A stretch of DNA of 32,000 nucleotides from Desulfobulbus propionicus DSM 2032 (GCF_000186885.1 NC_014972.1:1680001-1712000), one strand, 5' to 3'; counted from the stretch's first letter, positions 1 to 9,972 are shown. Notes: generated from the letters alone by a model not told the origin. Numbers and translations: made by a program.

Positions 1-224
1 CGTCTACCGCTGTCCTTGTAAAAGGGAAGGGTGTCGACATGGACCGTGACAATGCCGTAGCCCAGCCGATGGGCCACATTGAGGGCATAGTCCATGACAT
101 GCTCGGACAGGTGTCCGTTGCGCGTCACCACGAGAATGTAAGGACGATCCTGATGGTGCTCGACCCGGTGGTCGAGGAGGGGCGGGGAGGAGGCTGACGG
201 ATCACGCCTCTCTATGGCAACCAT
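1..224 (-). CDS. Partial hypothetical protein, N-terminus, resembling a universal-stress/nucleotide-binding fold (MVAIERRDPSASSPPLLDHRVEHHQDRPYILVVTRNGHLSEHVMDYALNVAHRLGYGIVTVHVDTLPF...)
   Basis: Manual translation of the minus strand from ATG at 222-224, open to the window edge; beta-alpha-beta-like YILVVTRNG...ALNVAHRLGYGIVTVHV pattern. Not in the supplied ORF track because it is truncated. Confidence 0.4.
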   Translation of the reverse strand, partial: MVAIERRDPSASSPPLLDHRVEHHQDRPYILVVTRNGHLSEHVMDYALNVAHRLGYGIVTVHVDTLPFYKDSGR

Positions 225-714
225 GTTTCGCCTCCCAGCGGATTGTTTCTCAAGAGTTGAATGGGTTCTGCCCTGCTATACCAAGAACCGTGCCATTGGG
301 GGTTTTTTGCATATCATCCTGATGTGACAATATTTTTTTCTTGTTGTCGATCGGGCGGCCAGGACGACGATTGTTGCAAAAAGAAACACTGGTCCGACAA
401 TAGACTATTGAGGCCCTCTGGAGTGTTGCATTGTGCAACTTTTGCTTTGCTGGGCTGCAACAGGGGCGGGTGCAAGGACGTCCTTGGCAGGGGGTGTCAA
501 GGGCGGTGGAAGCGGCAGGAATCGTTGTTTTGCTCCCTGATCAGGGGGAAGCCCGGTCGATGCCAGACTTCGATAAGGCATTAGTCTTGCAAAAATTCTC
601 CTGTCGTTTGTATATCCACAGAAGCCGGACGTCCTTTCATCGGGTATGGGCGCCATTCAAGGCCTCCCGGAGGATCATCGTCAATGGACAGTCAAACAAT
701 ACGGGGAAATCGAT

Positions 715-2862
715 ATGTTTTTTAAAAAACGGATTGAACCTGCCGAAGAGACCTCTCGGCATCAGACAGCCCCTTCCTCTCCTTCGCCGCTGGATCTGCT
801 GCGCGGCAGGATCAGGGAGGCGCACCTCCCCCATCTGGTCATGGAAGCGGTGACCGGCGAGTTGGAAAAGCTGGAAAAGACGGAACCGGCGGTGGCGGAA
901 TATTCGGTGGGGTTCAACTACATCGAACTGGTGCTCAGTCTGCCGTGGAATGTCTCGTCACAGTGCACCTTCGATCTGGAGCGGGCGCAGCGTGTTCTCG
1001 ATACCCGCCATTACGGCCTGGCCCAGGTCAAACAACGCATTCTCGAGTTCTTGGCGGCCAAAACCCTGTGCAGCAAGGCACGGCAGTCCATCTTGATTGT
1101 CGATGACGAGGAAATCGCCCGCGCCAACATGGAGCATGTGCTCAAGAAGGAAGGCTATGCGTGCCATTGCGCCAGCCACGGTGCCGAGGCCCTGGAGATC
1201 ATGGCGCGCGAGGATATCGACTTGATCATCACCGATCTGAAGATGGAGCGGATGGATGGCATCGAGCTGCTGCAGCATGTCAACCGGACCTCGCCCGAGA
1301 TCCCGGTGATCATGGTCACTGGGTTCGCCACGGTCAGTTCGGCGGTGGACGCCCTGAAAAAGGGCGCGGCCCACTATCTGGGCAAGCCGGTCAACCTTGA
1401 TGAGTTGCGCAAGACGGTCAAGGAGGTGCTGGAGAAGAAATTGTTCGTGCAGATGGGCAAGGGACCGATCCTCTGCTTCACCGGCCCTCCGGGCACAGGC
1501 AAGACCTCGGTGGGCAAGGCGATCGCCGAGGCGTTGCAGCGCCAGTTCATCCGCATTTCCCTAGCCGGCCTGCGCGACGAGGCGGAACTGCGCGGCCACC
1601 GGCGGACCTATGTCGGCGCCCTGCCCGGACGGGTGATCACCGAGCTGAAGCGGGCCGGGGTCAACAATCCGGTGCTGATGCTCGATGAAATCGACAAAAT
1701 CGGCCAGGATTTCCGTGGCGATCCCGCCTCGGTCCTCCTTGAGGTGCTCGATCCGGAACAGAACACCCATTTCACCGACCATTATCTCGAACTGCCCTTT
1801 GATTTGTCGCGGGTCATGTTCATCGCCACGGCCAACGATGTGTCCACTCTGCCCCGGCCGCTGCTCGATCGCATGGAGTGCATCGAATTCTCGGGCTACA
1901 CGGAAAAGGAAAAACTGCATATCGCGCAACAGTTCATCCTCCCCCGTCAACTCAAGCTCGCCGGGCTGTCCAAATTCTCTGTCGCTTTCACGTCCGAGGC
2001 CCTGTCCCGGGTTATCAACGACTACACCCGGGAATCGGGATTGCGGAACCTGGAACGGCAGATTTCCGATATTTGCCGGAAAATAGCCATGATGTGCCTC
2101 AAGTCCACCTCCGGACAGGAAGAGCCGGGTCAGGTCGATGCCGCGACGGTGAGCAGGCTGCTCGGCCCGCGAAAATTCTACCGCGAGGCCGCGGAGGCGG
2201 TGCCCCAGGTCGGCGTGGCCACGGGGATGGTGTGGGCGGAGACCGGGGGCGAGATTATCAGTGTCGAGACGGCGCGGATGCCGGGCTCCGGGACCCTGTT
2301 GCTTACCGGTTCCTTGGGGGAGGTGCTGCGGGAGTCGGCGCAAACGGTTCTCAGTTTTCTGCGCAGCAAGAGTGAGGCGTTCGGGATTGCCGCCGATTTT
2401 TACCAGCACAGCGATTTGCATGTACACTTTCCCTCCGGGGCCATTCCCAAGGACGGACCATCGGCAGGGGTGACCATCTTTGCCGCCCTGCTGTCGCTGC
2501 TCACCGGCCGCCCGGCTAGGAGGGATGTGGCCATGACCGGCGAGATGACCCTCACCGGCCGCATCCTGCCGGTCAACGGCATTCGCGAGAAAGTATTGGC
2601 CGCCAAACGGGCCGGGGTGCGGGTGGTGCTGCTGCCGCTGGCCAATCGGGAGGAGGTGGAGGCCCTGGAGGGTGACGTTGTCGCGGGGGTGCGGGTGCTC
2701 TTGGTGGCAAACGCCGCCGAACTGCTGGAGCCGCTGTTCGCGCCGCCTGGGTCGGAGGAGGAAAAAACGCCCGCCTCAGGCGTCGGGATGTTCCAGACCG
2801 TATCGCTTGATCTTGCGCCACAGCGAAACCCGGTCGATCCCGAGAATCCTGACCGCGGCTGA
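715..2862 (+). CDS. ATP-dependent Lon-type protease with an internal response-regulator receiver domain
   Basis: ORF 646..2862; the more likely start is ATG 715 (MFFKKRIEP). Lon segment 'YIELVLSLPWN...HYGLAQVKQRILEFLAAKTL', receiver 'SILIVDDEEIAR...DLIITDLKM...VIMVTGFA...YLGKPV', Walker A 'GPPGTGKTS', Walker B 'LMLDEIDKI', protease motif 'KDGPSAGVT' and 'GIREKVLAAKRAG'. Confidence 0.9.
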   Translation: MFFKKRIEPAEETSRHQTAPSSPSPLDLLRGRIREAHLPHLVMEAVTGELEKLEKTEPAVAEYSVGFNYIELVLSLPWNVSSQCTFDLERAQRVLDTRHYGLAQVKQRILEFLAAKTLCSKARQSILIVDDEEIARANMEHVLKKEGYACHCASHGAEALEIMAREDIDLIITDLKMERMDGIELLQHVNRTSPEIPVIMVTGFATVSSAVDALKKGAAHYLGKPVNLDELRKTVKEVLEKKLFVQMGKGPILCFTGPPGTGKTSVGKAIAEALQRQFIRISLAGLRDEAELRGHRRTYVGALPGRVITELKRAGVNNPVLMLDEIDKIGQDFRGDPASVLLEVLDPEQNTHFTDHYLELPFDLSRVMFIATANDVSTLPRPLLDRMECIEFSGYTEKEKLHIAQQFILPRQLKLAGLSKFSVAFTSEALSRVINDYTRESGLRNLERQISDICRKIAMMCLKSTSGQEEPGQVDAATVSRLLGPRKFYREAAEAVPQVGVATGMVWAETGGEIISVETARMPGSGTLLLTGSLGEVLRESAQTVLSFLRSKSEAFGIAADFYQHSDLHVHFPSGAIPKDGPSAGVTIFAALLSLLTGRPARRDVAMTGEMTLTGRILPVNGIREKVLAAKRAGVRVVLLPLANREEVEALEGDVVAGVRVLLVANAAELLEPLFAPPGSEEEKTPASGVGMFQTVSLDLAPQRNPVDPENPDRG

Positions 2863-4137
2863 CTTGTTGCCCTCCACCTCGTCGAGCACCTCGAGGATGT
2901 AGCGTTTCTCGTGCTCTTCCAGGGTGGGCCAGTCCTCGCGGCTGTCGCGGATGGTCAGGTGTTCGGTGCCGCCCAACACGCTGGCAATGTGCCGTGGTTC
3001 GACGATATCGCTGTCGCAGGCGATGAGAATGCGCTGGGCGATATTTTCCAGTTCCCGGATATTGCCGGGATAATCGTAGCGCATCAGTTGTTTTTCCGCC
3101 TCGGGCGCTAACCGGGGCACCGGCCGCCCCAGACGGATGTGTTTGGCCAGGAAATGCTGGGCCAACAGGGGAATGTCCTCCTTGCGCTCGGCCAGGGAAG
3201 GAACGGCGATGGTCAGCACATCCAGCCGATAGTAGAGGTCGGCGCGGAAACCGCCGCTCTCGGTTTCCCGTTTCAAATCCTTGTTGGTGGCGGCCAGCAC
3301 CCTGAAGTCCACCGGTATCTCCGAGGTCCCGCCCACCCGCAGCAGGGTGCGTTCTTGGAGAACCCGCAGCAGCTTCACCTGCATGGAAAGCGGCAATTCC
3401 CCCACCTCGTCGAAAAAGACCGTGCCGCCTTCGGCCATCTCCAGCAGCCCCTTCTTGCTCTTGTTGGCCCCGGTAAAGGCGCCGCGCTCATACCCGAACA
3501 GTTCGCTGGTGATCAGCTCCTCGGTGAACACGCCGCAGTTGAAGGCGACAAAGCGCTTTTTGTTCCGGGGGCTCAGTTCATGGATGGTCCGGGCGACCAG
3601 TTCCTTGCCGGTGCCGGTTTCTCCCTGGATGAGCACATTGCAGTCAAGCTGCGACACCTGATGGATGGTTTCGCGCAGCGCTTGGATTTTCGGACTTTGG
3701 CCGACGATGCGCATCGTGCCTTTGTGCGCGTCCACCTGCTCGCGCAGGCGGTGGAGCTCCTTGCGCAGCTGATTTTTTTCCAGGGCCTTGTCGACGACGG
3801 CGCGCAGTTCATTGATCTTGAACGGCTTGGCCACGTAATGGTAGGCCCCGCGCCGCATGGCTTCGACCGCGGTGTCCACGCTGGCATGGCCGGTGATCAC
3901 CACCACCTCCACCGCTGGCCAGCGCTGTTTGGCTTCATCGAGCACCGCCATGCCGTCCTTGCCCGGCATGCACAGATCGGTGAGCACCAGATCCACCTCC
4001 TGCTTTTTGAGGAGATCGATCGCCTGCTGCCCGTCCGCGGCCACCAGGGCGGTGTGGCCGTCCTTGCCCACGATGTGGGCCAGATTGTCACGGGCGATGG
4101 GTTCGTCGTCGACGATGAGAATTTTCCGTTGGTTCAT
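2776..4137 (-). CDS. Sigma-54-dependent response regulator (NtrC family: receiver + AAA+ + Fis-type HTH)
   Basis: Receiver 'KILIVDDEPIARDN...DLVLTDLCMPGKDG...KPF', AAA 'GETGTGKELVARTIH', sigma-54 contact 'GAFTGA', C-terminal HTH 'NKSAAVRILGIDRVSLWRKIKRY'. Confidence 0.95.
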   Translation of the reverse strand: MNQRKILIVDDEPIARDNLAHIVGKDGHTALVAADGQQAIDLLKKQEVDLVLTDLCMPGKDGMAVLDEAKQRWPAVEVVVITGHASVDTAVEAMRRGAYHYVAKPFKINELRAVVDKALEKNQLRKELHRLREQVDAHKGTMRIVGQSPKIQALRETIHQVSQLDCNVLIQGETGTGKELVARTIHELSPRNKKRFVAFNCGVFTEELITSELFGYERGAFTGANKSKKGLLEMAEGGTVFFDEVGELPLSMQVKLLRVLQERTLLRVGGTSEIPVDFRVLAATNKDLKRETESGGFRADLYYRLDVLTIAVPSLAERKEDIPLLAQHFLAKHIRLGRPVPRLAPEAEKQLMRYDYPGNIRELENIAQRILIACDSDIVEPRHIASVLGGTEHLTIRDSREDWPTLEEHEKRYILEVLDEVEGNKSAAVRILGIDRVSLWRKIKRYGLEHPDA

Positions 4138-5579
4138 GCCGTGGGGAGTAAGGAGTCTTTCGGGCCGGGAAAGGGCAGGCGGATGACAAAGGATGTACCC
4201 TGCCCGGGAGTGCTTTGCACGGTAATAGTGCCCTGATGTTTTTGAATGATGCCGTAGACCACCGAAAGCCCGAGCCCGGTGCCTTGTCCCGCCTCTTTGG
4301 TGGTGAAGAAGGGATCGAAGACTCGTGCCTGGTTTTCTTCCGAGATACCTGCGCCGGTGTCGCTGACCTCGATGACTACTTCGTCGGCCGCTGCATCGAG
4401 GGCAGCCTCGATGCTGATCCTGCCCTCGCCTTCGATGGCCTGGGCCGCGTTAATGATCAGGTTGATGAACACCTCCTGCATCCGCTGGACATCGATGGAG
4501 AAAACCAGATCCCGGGGGATGTCGATGGTCATGGCGATCTGCGGCGGCACCTGACTCTTGGCGAGAAGCACCGCCTTGCTGACCACCTCGGCCAACTGTA
4601 TCTCCCGCAGGCAGAAATCCTGGGCGCGCGAGAATTCCAGCAGGCTTTTGACCACGTCCCTGGCCCGCAGCGTTTCCTGGTCGATATTGGTGAGCATGCG
4701 CTTGAGCAGAGGGACGTCGCCGCTGTCGAATTCGTCCACCGCGATCTGGCAGGAGGTGGAGATGTTGTTCAATGGGTTGTTGAGCTGGTGGGCCACACCG
4801 GCGGTCAGGGTGCCCAGGGAGGAGAGCTTTTCCGCCTGGATGAGCTGGTCTTGCCGCCGTTCCAGTTCGGACACCATGATATTGAAGGTCTCCATGACCT
4901 GCTGGATCTCGTCCCGGGTGTTGATCACCTCGATCTTGCGGAATTTTCCCTGGGCAATGGCCTCGGTGGCCTTCTTGATCACCGACAGCGGCTTGAAAAT
5001 GAGGTAGACGATGAGCAGCGACAGCATGATGCCGATAAATATCGCCACCGACGACCAGGAAATAAGCTGGTTGCGCAAGGTTATCACCATGAGGTGTATT
5101 TGATTTTTTTCAAAGGTGACGATGTGCTCGCTGAGTTCCGACAGAATTTTTCCTTGCTGTCGTATGGTATTGGACGTTTCATTGTGGCTGATGTTCGCTT
5201 GATCCTGGGATTTGATCAATGAGGTTATATTTTGAATATAGAGATTAATTTCATTGATAAGATGATGTAACTTCGGATTGATGAAAAATCCTTTGTCGGT
5301 ATTGATGATTTTTTGACATGTTTCGATGGTGCTGTGCATCATCCGCAAATTTTCGTTCAGTGATTCCTTGTTGCCGTACAAGAAATAATTTTTTTCGTGG
5401 CGTCGCGCTTCAAGCACGTTGTTCTGGATCTCGTACGAAAGTTCCAGGACTCCTATCTTTTTCTCGGTGGCGACAAGATCGTCATGGGAAACGTAGGCCA
5501 TCATCATGATGGCACCAATATAAAAAACCAGGACGGCCAGTATTTTTTGGCTCAGTCCAAAAGCGAGAGGTTTCTGCAT
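4134..5579 (-). CDS. Sensor histidine kinase (TM, periplasmic helical sensor, TM, HAMP, HisKA, HATPase)
   Basis: 'SSLGTLTAGVAHQLNNPLNNIS' H-box, 'FINLIINAAQA' N-box, 'VSDTGAGI', 'GTGLGLSVVYGI'; overlaps the downstream regulator start by 4 nt (ATGA). Confidence 0.93.
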   Translation of the reverse strand: MQKPLAFGLSQKILAVLVFYIGAIMMMAYVSHDDLVATEKKIGVLELSYEIQNNVLEARRHEKNYFLYGNKESLNENLRMMHSTIETCQKIINTDKGFFINPKLHHLINEINLYIQNITSLIKSQDQANISHNETSNTIRQQGKILSELSEHIVTFEKNQIHLMVITLRNQLISWSSVAIFIGIMLSLLIVYLIFKPLSVIKKATEAIAQGKFRKIEVINTRDEIQQVMETFNIMVSELERRQDQLIQAEKLSSLGTLTAGVAHQLNNPLNNISTSCQIAVDEFDSGDVPLLKRMLTNIDQETLRARDVVKSLLEFSRAQDFCLREIQLAEVVSKAVLLAKSQVPPQIAMTIDIPRDLVFSIDVQRMQEVFINLIINAAQAIEGEGRISIEAALDAAADEVVIEVSDTGAGISEENQARVFDPFFTTKEAGQGTGLGLSVVYGIIQKHQGTITVQSTPGQGTSFVIRLPFPGPKDSLLPTA

Positions 5580-5640
5580 GGCGGCCTCCTTGGGTGTTGC
5601 CGTTTGTGCGTGCGCATGGGGCCCTGGTGAGCGATTCTCT

Positions 5641-6750
5641 TCAATACATCCGGTGACGGAACAGCCAGGTGGCCAGGCTGAGGGTGATCAGGGCGATGAG
5701 CGACATCGGCCAGAGATCGTGGATAAAGTATTCGAGCCCGGCCCCTTCGAGGAACACCCGGCGGACGATGGACAGGAAATAACGCATCGGATCGAGGTAG
5801 GTCAAGGTCTGCATGAACGGCGGCATGTTGGCGATCGGGGTGGAGAAGCCGGAGAGGATCACCGCCGGCACGATGAAGAGAAAGGAGCCGAGCAGGGCTT
5901 GCTGCAGGGTGGCGGAAAACGACGAGATCATCAACCCCACGCCGATGATGGAGAGCACGTAGATGATCAGTGCCGGATAGAGCACGCTCAACTTGCCGAC
6001 CAGCGGCACCTCGAACCAGAACACGGTCACCGCGATGATCAGCGAGGCCTCGCCCACGCCGACGATCAATCCGGGCATGGCCTTGCCGATCAGGATCTCC
6101 CAGGGGTGGAGGGGCGTGACCAGCAACTGGTCAAAGGTGCCGGCCTCGCGCTCGCGGGCCACCGACAAGGAGGTCACCACCAGGGTGACGATCATGGCCA
6201 GCAGGGCGACAATGCCGGGAACGATGAACCAGCGGCTCTCCAGGTTCGGGTTGAACCAGGCGCGGATGTTGAGCCGGGCCGGCAAGCTGGTGCCGTTCAC
6301 TTCGGCCCGTTCCTCGTTGAAGTCGGTGACAATGGTGCGCACGTAGTTGAGCGCCAGCATAGCGGTGTTGGAGTTGCGGCCGTCGATCAGCACCTGCAGC
6401 GGGCAGCCGTCGCCGCCCAGCGCCTCCTGTGCACACTGTTCTCCGATGTGCAGGACCAGGAGCGCTCCACGGCGGTCGATCAGGGGCGCGATCTCGGCCG
6501 TTGACCGCAGATACCCCACTATTTTGAAGCCTGGCGAGCGCTCGAACCGGGCCGCCAGATCGCGGGAAAACACCCCCCCATCCTCGTTGAGGATCGCCAG
6601 CTTGGCATCCTCCAGGTCAAAGGTGGCGGCATAACCGAACACCAAGAGCTGCAGGATCGGCGGCACGATCACCGCCATGCGGCTTTTCTTGTCGCGAAAC
6701 AGGGCGAGGAATTCCTTGATGATCAGGGCAAGCAGACGGGCACCCATAAC
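5641..6750 (-). CDS. ybhR: ABC-2 type transporter permease (YbhR/YbhS-like)
   Basis: The supplied 793-aa ORF overruns upstream; the ATG at 6748-6750 gives a 369-aa permease 'MGARLLALIIKEFLALFRDKKSR...EREAGTFDQLLVTPLHPWEILIGK...PMRYFLSIVRRVFLEGAG'. Confidence 0.8.
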   Translation of the reverse strand, partial: VMGARLLALIIKEFLALFRDKKSRMAVIVPPILQLLVFGYAATFDLEDAKLAILNEDGGVFSRDLAARFERSPGFKIVGYLRSTAEIAPLIDRRGALLVLHIGEQCAQEALGGDGCPLQVLIDGRNSNTAMLALNYVRTIVTDFNEERAEVNGTSLPARLNIRAWFNPNLESRWFIVPGIVALLAMIVTLVVTSLSVAREREAGTFDQLLVTPLHPWEILIGKAMPGLIVGVGEASLIIAVTVFWFEVPLVGKLSVLYPALIIYVLSIIGVGLMISSFSATLQQALLGSFLFIVPAVILSGFSTPIANMPPFMQTLTYLDPMRYFLSIVRRVFLEGAGLEYFIHDLWPMSLIALITLSLATWLFRHRMY

Positions 6751-6752
6751 GA

Positions 6753-7877
6753 TTATTCCAGTTTTTTTCGGGTTTTTCGGTAAACGATACCGTGAAAAAA
6801 CAGGCCCATGGCCACCAGCGCGGCCGCATTGGGCAGCACCACGCTCCACACGTCGCCCACCAGGAACAGGGTTTGGAGAATGGAGACGTAGTAGCGGGCC
6901 GCGATCAGGTGGGTGAGCATCTGGATCACCGGCGGCGCGCTCTGGATGTCGAAGATGAAGCCCGAGAGAATGAAGGCCGGAAGAAAGGTGGAGACCATGG
7001 CCACCAGCGCGGCCACGAATTGAGAGCGGAAAATGGTGGAAATGAAAAAGCCCATGCCCAGCGCCACCCAGAGAAACAGGGCCGAGGTGGCCAGCAGCAG
7101 CCACAGCGAGCCACGCAGCGGCACATGGAAGAGAAAGCGGGCCATCACCAGCGACAGCAGCAGGCCGCCCATGCCGAGGATGAAATAGGGGATCAGTTTG
7201 CCCACCAGGATCTCCGGAGCGGAGATGCGGGTGACCAGCAAGGCCTCCATGGTGCCGCGCTCCCACTCGCGGGCAATCACCAGGGCGGTGAGCAGGGCGC
7301 CGATCAGGGTCATGATCACCGCCAGCACCCCGGGGACGAGGAAATCGGTGGAGCGCACCTGCGGATTGTACCAGACGCGCTGCTCCAAGCGTACCGGCGC
7401 CTGCAGCTGTCTGCCGGCCCGTTCGGCTTGCTGCTCCAGCCAGCCGAACCAAATCCCCTGAACATAGCCTTCGATCAGGCGGGCGGTGTTGGCATCGACC
7501 CCGTTGACAATCACCCCGATGGGCGGTGAATCCTTGCGCAGATACTCGCGGCCGAAGGTATGGCGCAGCCAGATGATGCCGTCCACTCGGTTTTCCCGCA
7601 GCGCGGTTTCCGCCTCCTGAATCGAGGGGAACGATTCGGGTGCGAAATAGGGAGTCTGAAAAAAGCTGCCGGCAAAGCTCTGCGACTGGCTGTCGGCCTG
7701 TTCGACCACCAGCCCGATGCGCACGTCCCTGGCGTCCAGGGACACGCCGTAGCCGAAAATGAGCAGCAGCAGCATCGGCAGAAAAAAAGCAATGGCAATG
7801 CTGGAGGGGTCGCGGATGACCTGGAGCCATTCCTTGCGGATCATGCCCCCCAGGCGCATCCGCCGTCCTGGATTCAT
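6753..7877 (-). CDS. ybhS: ABC-2 type transporter permease (YbhS/YbhR-like)
   Basis: 374 aa, 'IRKEWLQVIRDPSSIAIAFFLPMLLLLIFGYGVSLD...WERGTMEALLVTRISAPEILVGKLIPYF'; overlaps the upstream ABC ATPase gene. Confidence 0.8.
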   Translation of the reverse strand: MNPGRRMRLGGMIRKEWLQVIRDPSSIAIAFFLPMLLLLIFGYGVSLDARDVRIGLVVEQADSQSQSFAGSFFQTPYFAPESFPSIQEAETALRENRVDGIIWLRHTFGREYLRKDSPPIGVIVNGVDANTARLIEGYVQGIWFGWLEQQAERAGRQLQAPVRLEQRVWYNPQVRSTDFLVPGVLAVIMTLIGALLTALVIAREWERGTMEALLVTRISAPEILVGKLIPYFILGMGGLLLSLVMARFLFHVPLRGSLWLLLATSALFLWVALGMGFFISTIFRSQFVAALVAMVSTFLPAFILSGFIFDIQSAPPVIQMLTHLIAARYYVSILQTLFLVGDVWSVVLPNAAALVAMGLFFHGIVYRKTRKKLE

Positions 7878-9712
7878 GCGCCGGTCCTCCCTTGTTCGGG
7901 TTCTTTTTTCCCGCTCTCCAGCAAACCGATGAAGGCGTCCTCCATGGTCGCCTCCCGGCCGTCGATCCCCACCAGACCCTCCTTGAGGCTCTCCGGCGTG
8001 CCTTCGGCCAGTACCCGGCCATCGGCCATGATCACCAACCGGTCACAGTATTCGGCCTCTTCCATGAAATGGGTGGTGACCAGCACGGTCACGCCCTGGT
8101 CGGCCAGGCTGTTGATTTGCACCCAAAACTCGCGCCGGGCCAGGGGATCGACCCCGGAGGTGGGTTCGTCGAGAAACAGCACCTCGGGTTCGTGCATCAG
8201 GGCCACGGCCAGGGCCAGCCGTTGCTTGAAACCCAGCGGCAAGGACTGGCTTTCGCTGGCGGCGAACGGAGCGAGGTCAAAGGTGTCCAGGGCCCAGTCG
8301 ATCTGCGTTTGCCGCTTTGCGCCGCGCAGGCCATAGGCGCTGCTGAAGAATTTGAGATTCTGCAGCACGCTCAGGTTGCCGTAGAGGGAAAACCGTTGTG
8401 CCATGTAGCCGATACGCGCCCGGGCGGCTGCCGCGGCCGTGCGCAGATTCATCCCGGCCACGGTGCAGGCGCCGCTGGAAATGGGCAGCAGGCCACAAAG
8501 CATGCGAAAGGTGGTGGTCTTGCCGGCGCCGTTGGCCCCGAGCAGGCCGAAGATTTCGCCGTGGCGCACGCGGAAGCTGACATGGTCGACCGCGAGGAAG
8601 TCGCCGAAACGGCGCACCAAATTGTCGACCGTGATCACGTCCTGACCGGCAAATCGGCCGTTGGCGCGTTGCAGGGCAATGGGTTGGCCGTTGCCTTCGA
8701 TGGCCTGGTCGTCTTTGAGGGTGGCGACAAAATAGTCTTCAAAGCGGGGCGGTACCGGGACGATATCCGCCCCGCTTTCGTGCGCCAGTTCAGGCAGGCG
8801 CAGGGGCGTCTGTTCCCGGCTGACCACCCGCACCGCCTTGCCGAGAATCAGGGCGTCGAGCACGGCCGGGTCGCGGCTCAACCGCCGTTGCAGGGTCCGT
8901 TTGGGCAGGGCCGGGGCGTGGACCAACCAGGTTCGGCCAGCTACCTGACGGCTGAAGGACTGGGGTTGGTCATGGCCGAGAATCTGCCCCTGGTGAATGA
9001 GCACCACCTCGGCGCAGCGTTCGGCCTCGTCGAGATAGGCGGTGCTGAGCAGCACGCTCATGCCCTCGGCCTCGACCAGGTGATAGACGATCTGCCACAG
9101 CTCCCGCCGCGACACCGGATCGACGCCGACCGTGGGTTCATCGAGCAGCAGCAGGCGCGGCGGCCGCACCAGGGTGCAGACCAGGCCGAGTTTCTGCTTC
9201 ATGCCGCCGGAGAGCCGCCCGGCCAGACGGCCGCGAAACCCCTCCAGGCCGGCCATGGCCAGCAGTTGTTTGTACCGCCCCGGCCGCAGGGGCGGTTCCA
9301 CGCCCTGCAGATCGGCATAGAGATCGAGATTTTCCTGGACGGTGAGATCTTCGTAGAGGCCGAAGCGCTGCGGCATGTAGCCCACACTGGCCTGGACCTT
9401 GAGCGGCTCGCGGACCGCATCGATCTCCAAGGCGCGGATATCGCCCCCGTCCGGGCTGAGCAATCCAGCGCACAGCCGCATCAGGGTGGTCTTGCCCGCT
9501 CCATCCGGACCGATCAAGCCGGTGACCATGCGTGGTTTGACGGTGCAGCTCACCCCGGCCAGGGCGGTGACCTGCTGGTTGTTAACGGTGAAGGTCTTGC
9601 TGACCCGATCGAGGATCAGAGCCGGTCGGGGAGCCGGATCAGGGACGAGGGCTTCGGCCGCTGAAGGCAGTGGCGGGCTCATGGGCGGCGCCGCGACGTT
9701 GCCGCCGGGCAA
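7874..9712 (-). CDS. ybhF: ABC transporter ATP-binding protein with two fused nucleotide-binding domains (YbhF-like)
   Basis: Two Walker A motifs ('GPDGAGKTTLMR', 'GANGAGKTTTFR') and two signature/Walker B regions ('LSGGMKQKLGLVCTLVRPPRLLLLDEPTVGVDP', 'LGFKQRLALAVALMHEPEVLFLDEPTSGVDP'). Confidence 0.88.
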   Translation of the reverse strand: MPGGNVAAPPMSPPLPSAAEALVPDPAPRPALILDRVSKTFTVNNQQVTALAGVSCTVKPRMVTGLIGPDGAGKTTLMRLCAGLLSPDGGDIRALEIDAVREPLKVQASVGYMPQRFGLYEDLTVQENLDLYADLQGVEPPLRPGRYKQLLAMAGLEGFRGRLAGRLSGGMKQKLGLVCTLVRPPRLLLLDEPTVGVDPVSRRELWQIVYHLVEAEGMSVLLSTAYLDEAERCAEVVLIHQGQILGHDQPQSFSRQVAGRTWLVHAPALPKRTLQRRLSRDPAVLDALILGKAVRVVSREQTPLRLPELAHESGADIVPVPPRFEDYFVATLKDDQAIEGNGQPIALQRANGRFAGQDVITVDNLVRRFGDFLAVDHVSFRVRHGEIFGLLGANGAGKTTTFRMLCGLLPISSGACTVAGMNLRTAAAAARARIGYMAQRFSLYGNLSVLQNLKFFSSAYGLRGAKRQTQIDWALDTFDLAPFAASESQSLPLGFKQRLALAVALMHEPEVLFLDEPTSGVDPLARREFWVQINSLADQGVTVLVTTHFMEEAEYCDRLVIMADGRVLAEGTPESLKEGLVGIDGREATMEDAFIGLLESGKKEPEQGRTGA

Positions 9713-9972
9713 GGGACGGACGTATTTTCACGCTGGGAACGGGAGTGCAGCAGGGCGAAGCTGGAACAGACCATGGAGACCTCTGAACGATCGGGTGGCG
9801 GAACAATGTGCCGCCATCATACCACAACCGCTCGAATTTTCTCCATGGCTGGACAAAAAAAGAGGCAAAATCCGGCGCGCGCCCAGCCGCAAGCCAAGTT
9901 TTCGCCCACGGCTTCCAGGCGAAAAATCGTCAAGCGGGCCGGGTACACACGAAGGGAAGGGCATCGTGCCGC

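Noticed and set aside
261-584. 107-aa ORF in the gap before the Lon gene
   Set aside because: Cys/Gly/Arg-rich with no recognisable features; the region looks intergenic and no clear promoter or RNA structure could be supported.
646-714. Upstream 23-codon extension of the Lon-like ORF
   Set aside because: MGAIQGLPEDHRQW... has no recognisable domain content; the ATG at 715 is more likely, although start choice is not proven.
6751-8022. The 793-aa ORF 5641..8022 as a single protein
   Set aside because: The part above 6750 is an out-of-frame reading of the neighbouring permease gene (6753..7877); only the part from ATG 6750 has ABC-2 permease features.
7892-9664. 590-aa antisense ORF over the YbhF-like gene, and similar antisense ORFs at 1561..2427, 3139..4236, 5578..6504, 11575..12372 and 30676..31161
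   Set aside because: High-GC antisense shadow ORFs opposite well-supported coding genes; His/Gly/Asp/Gln-biased composition without domains.
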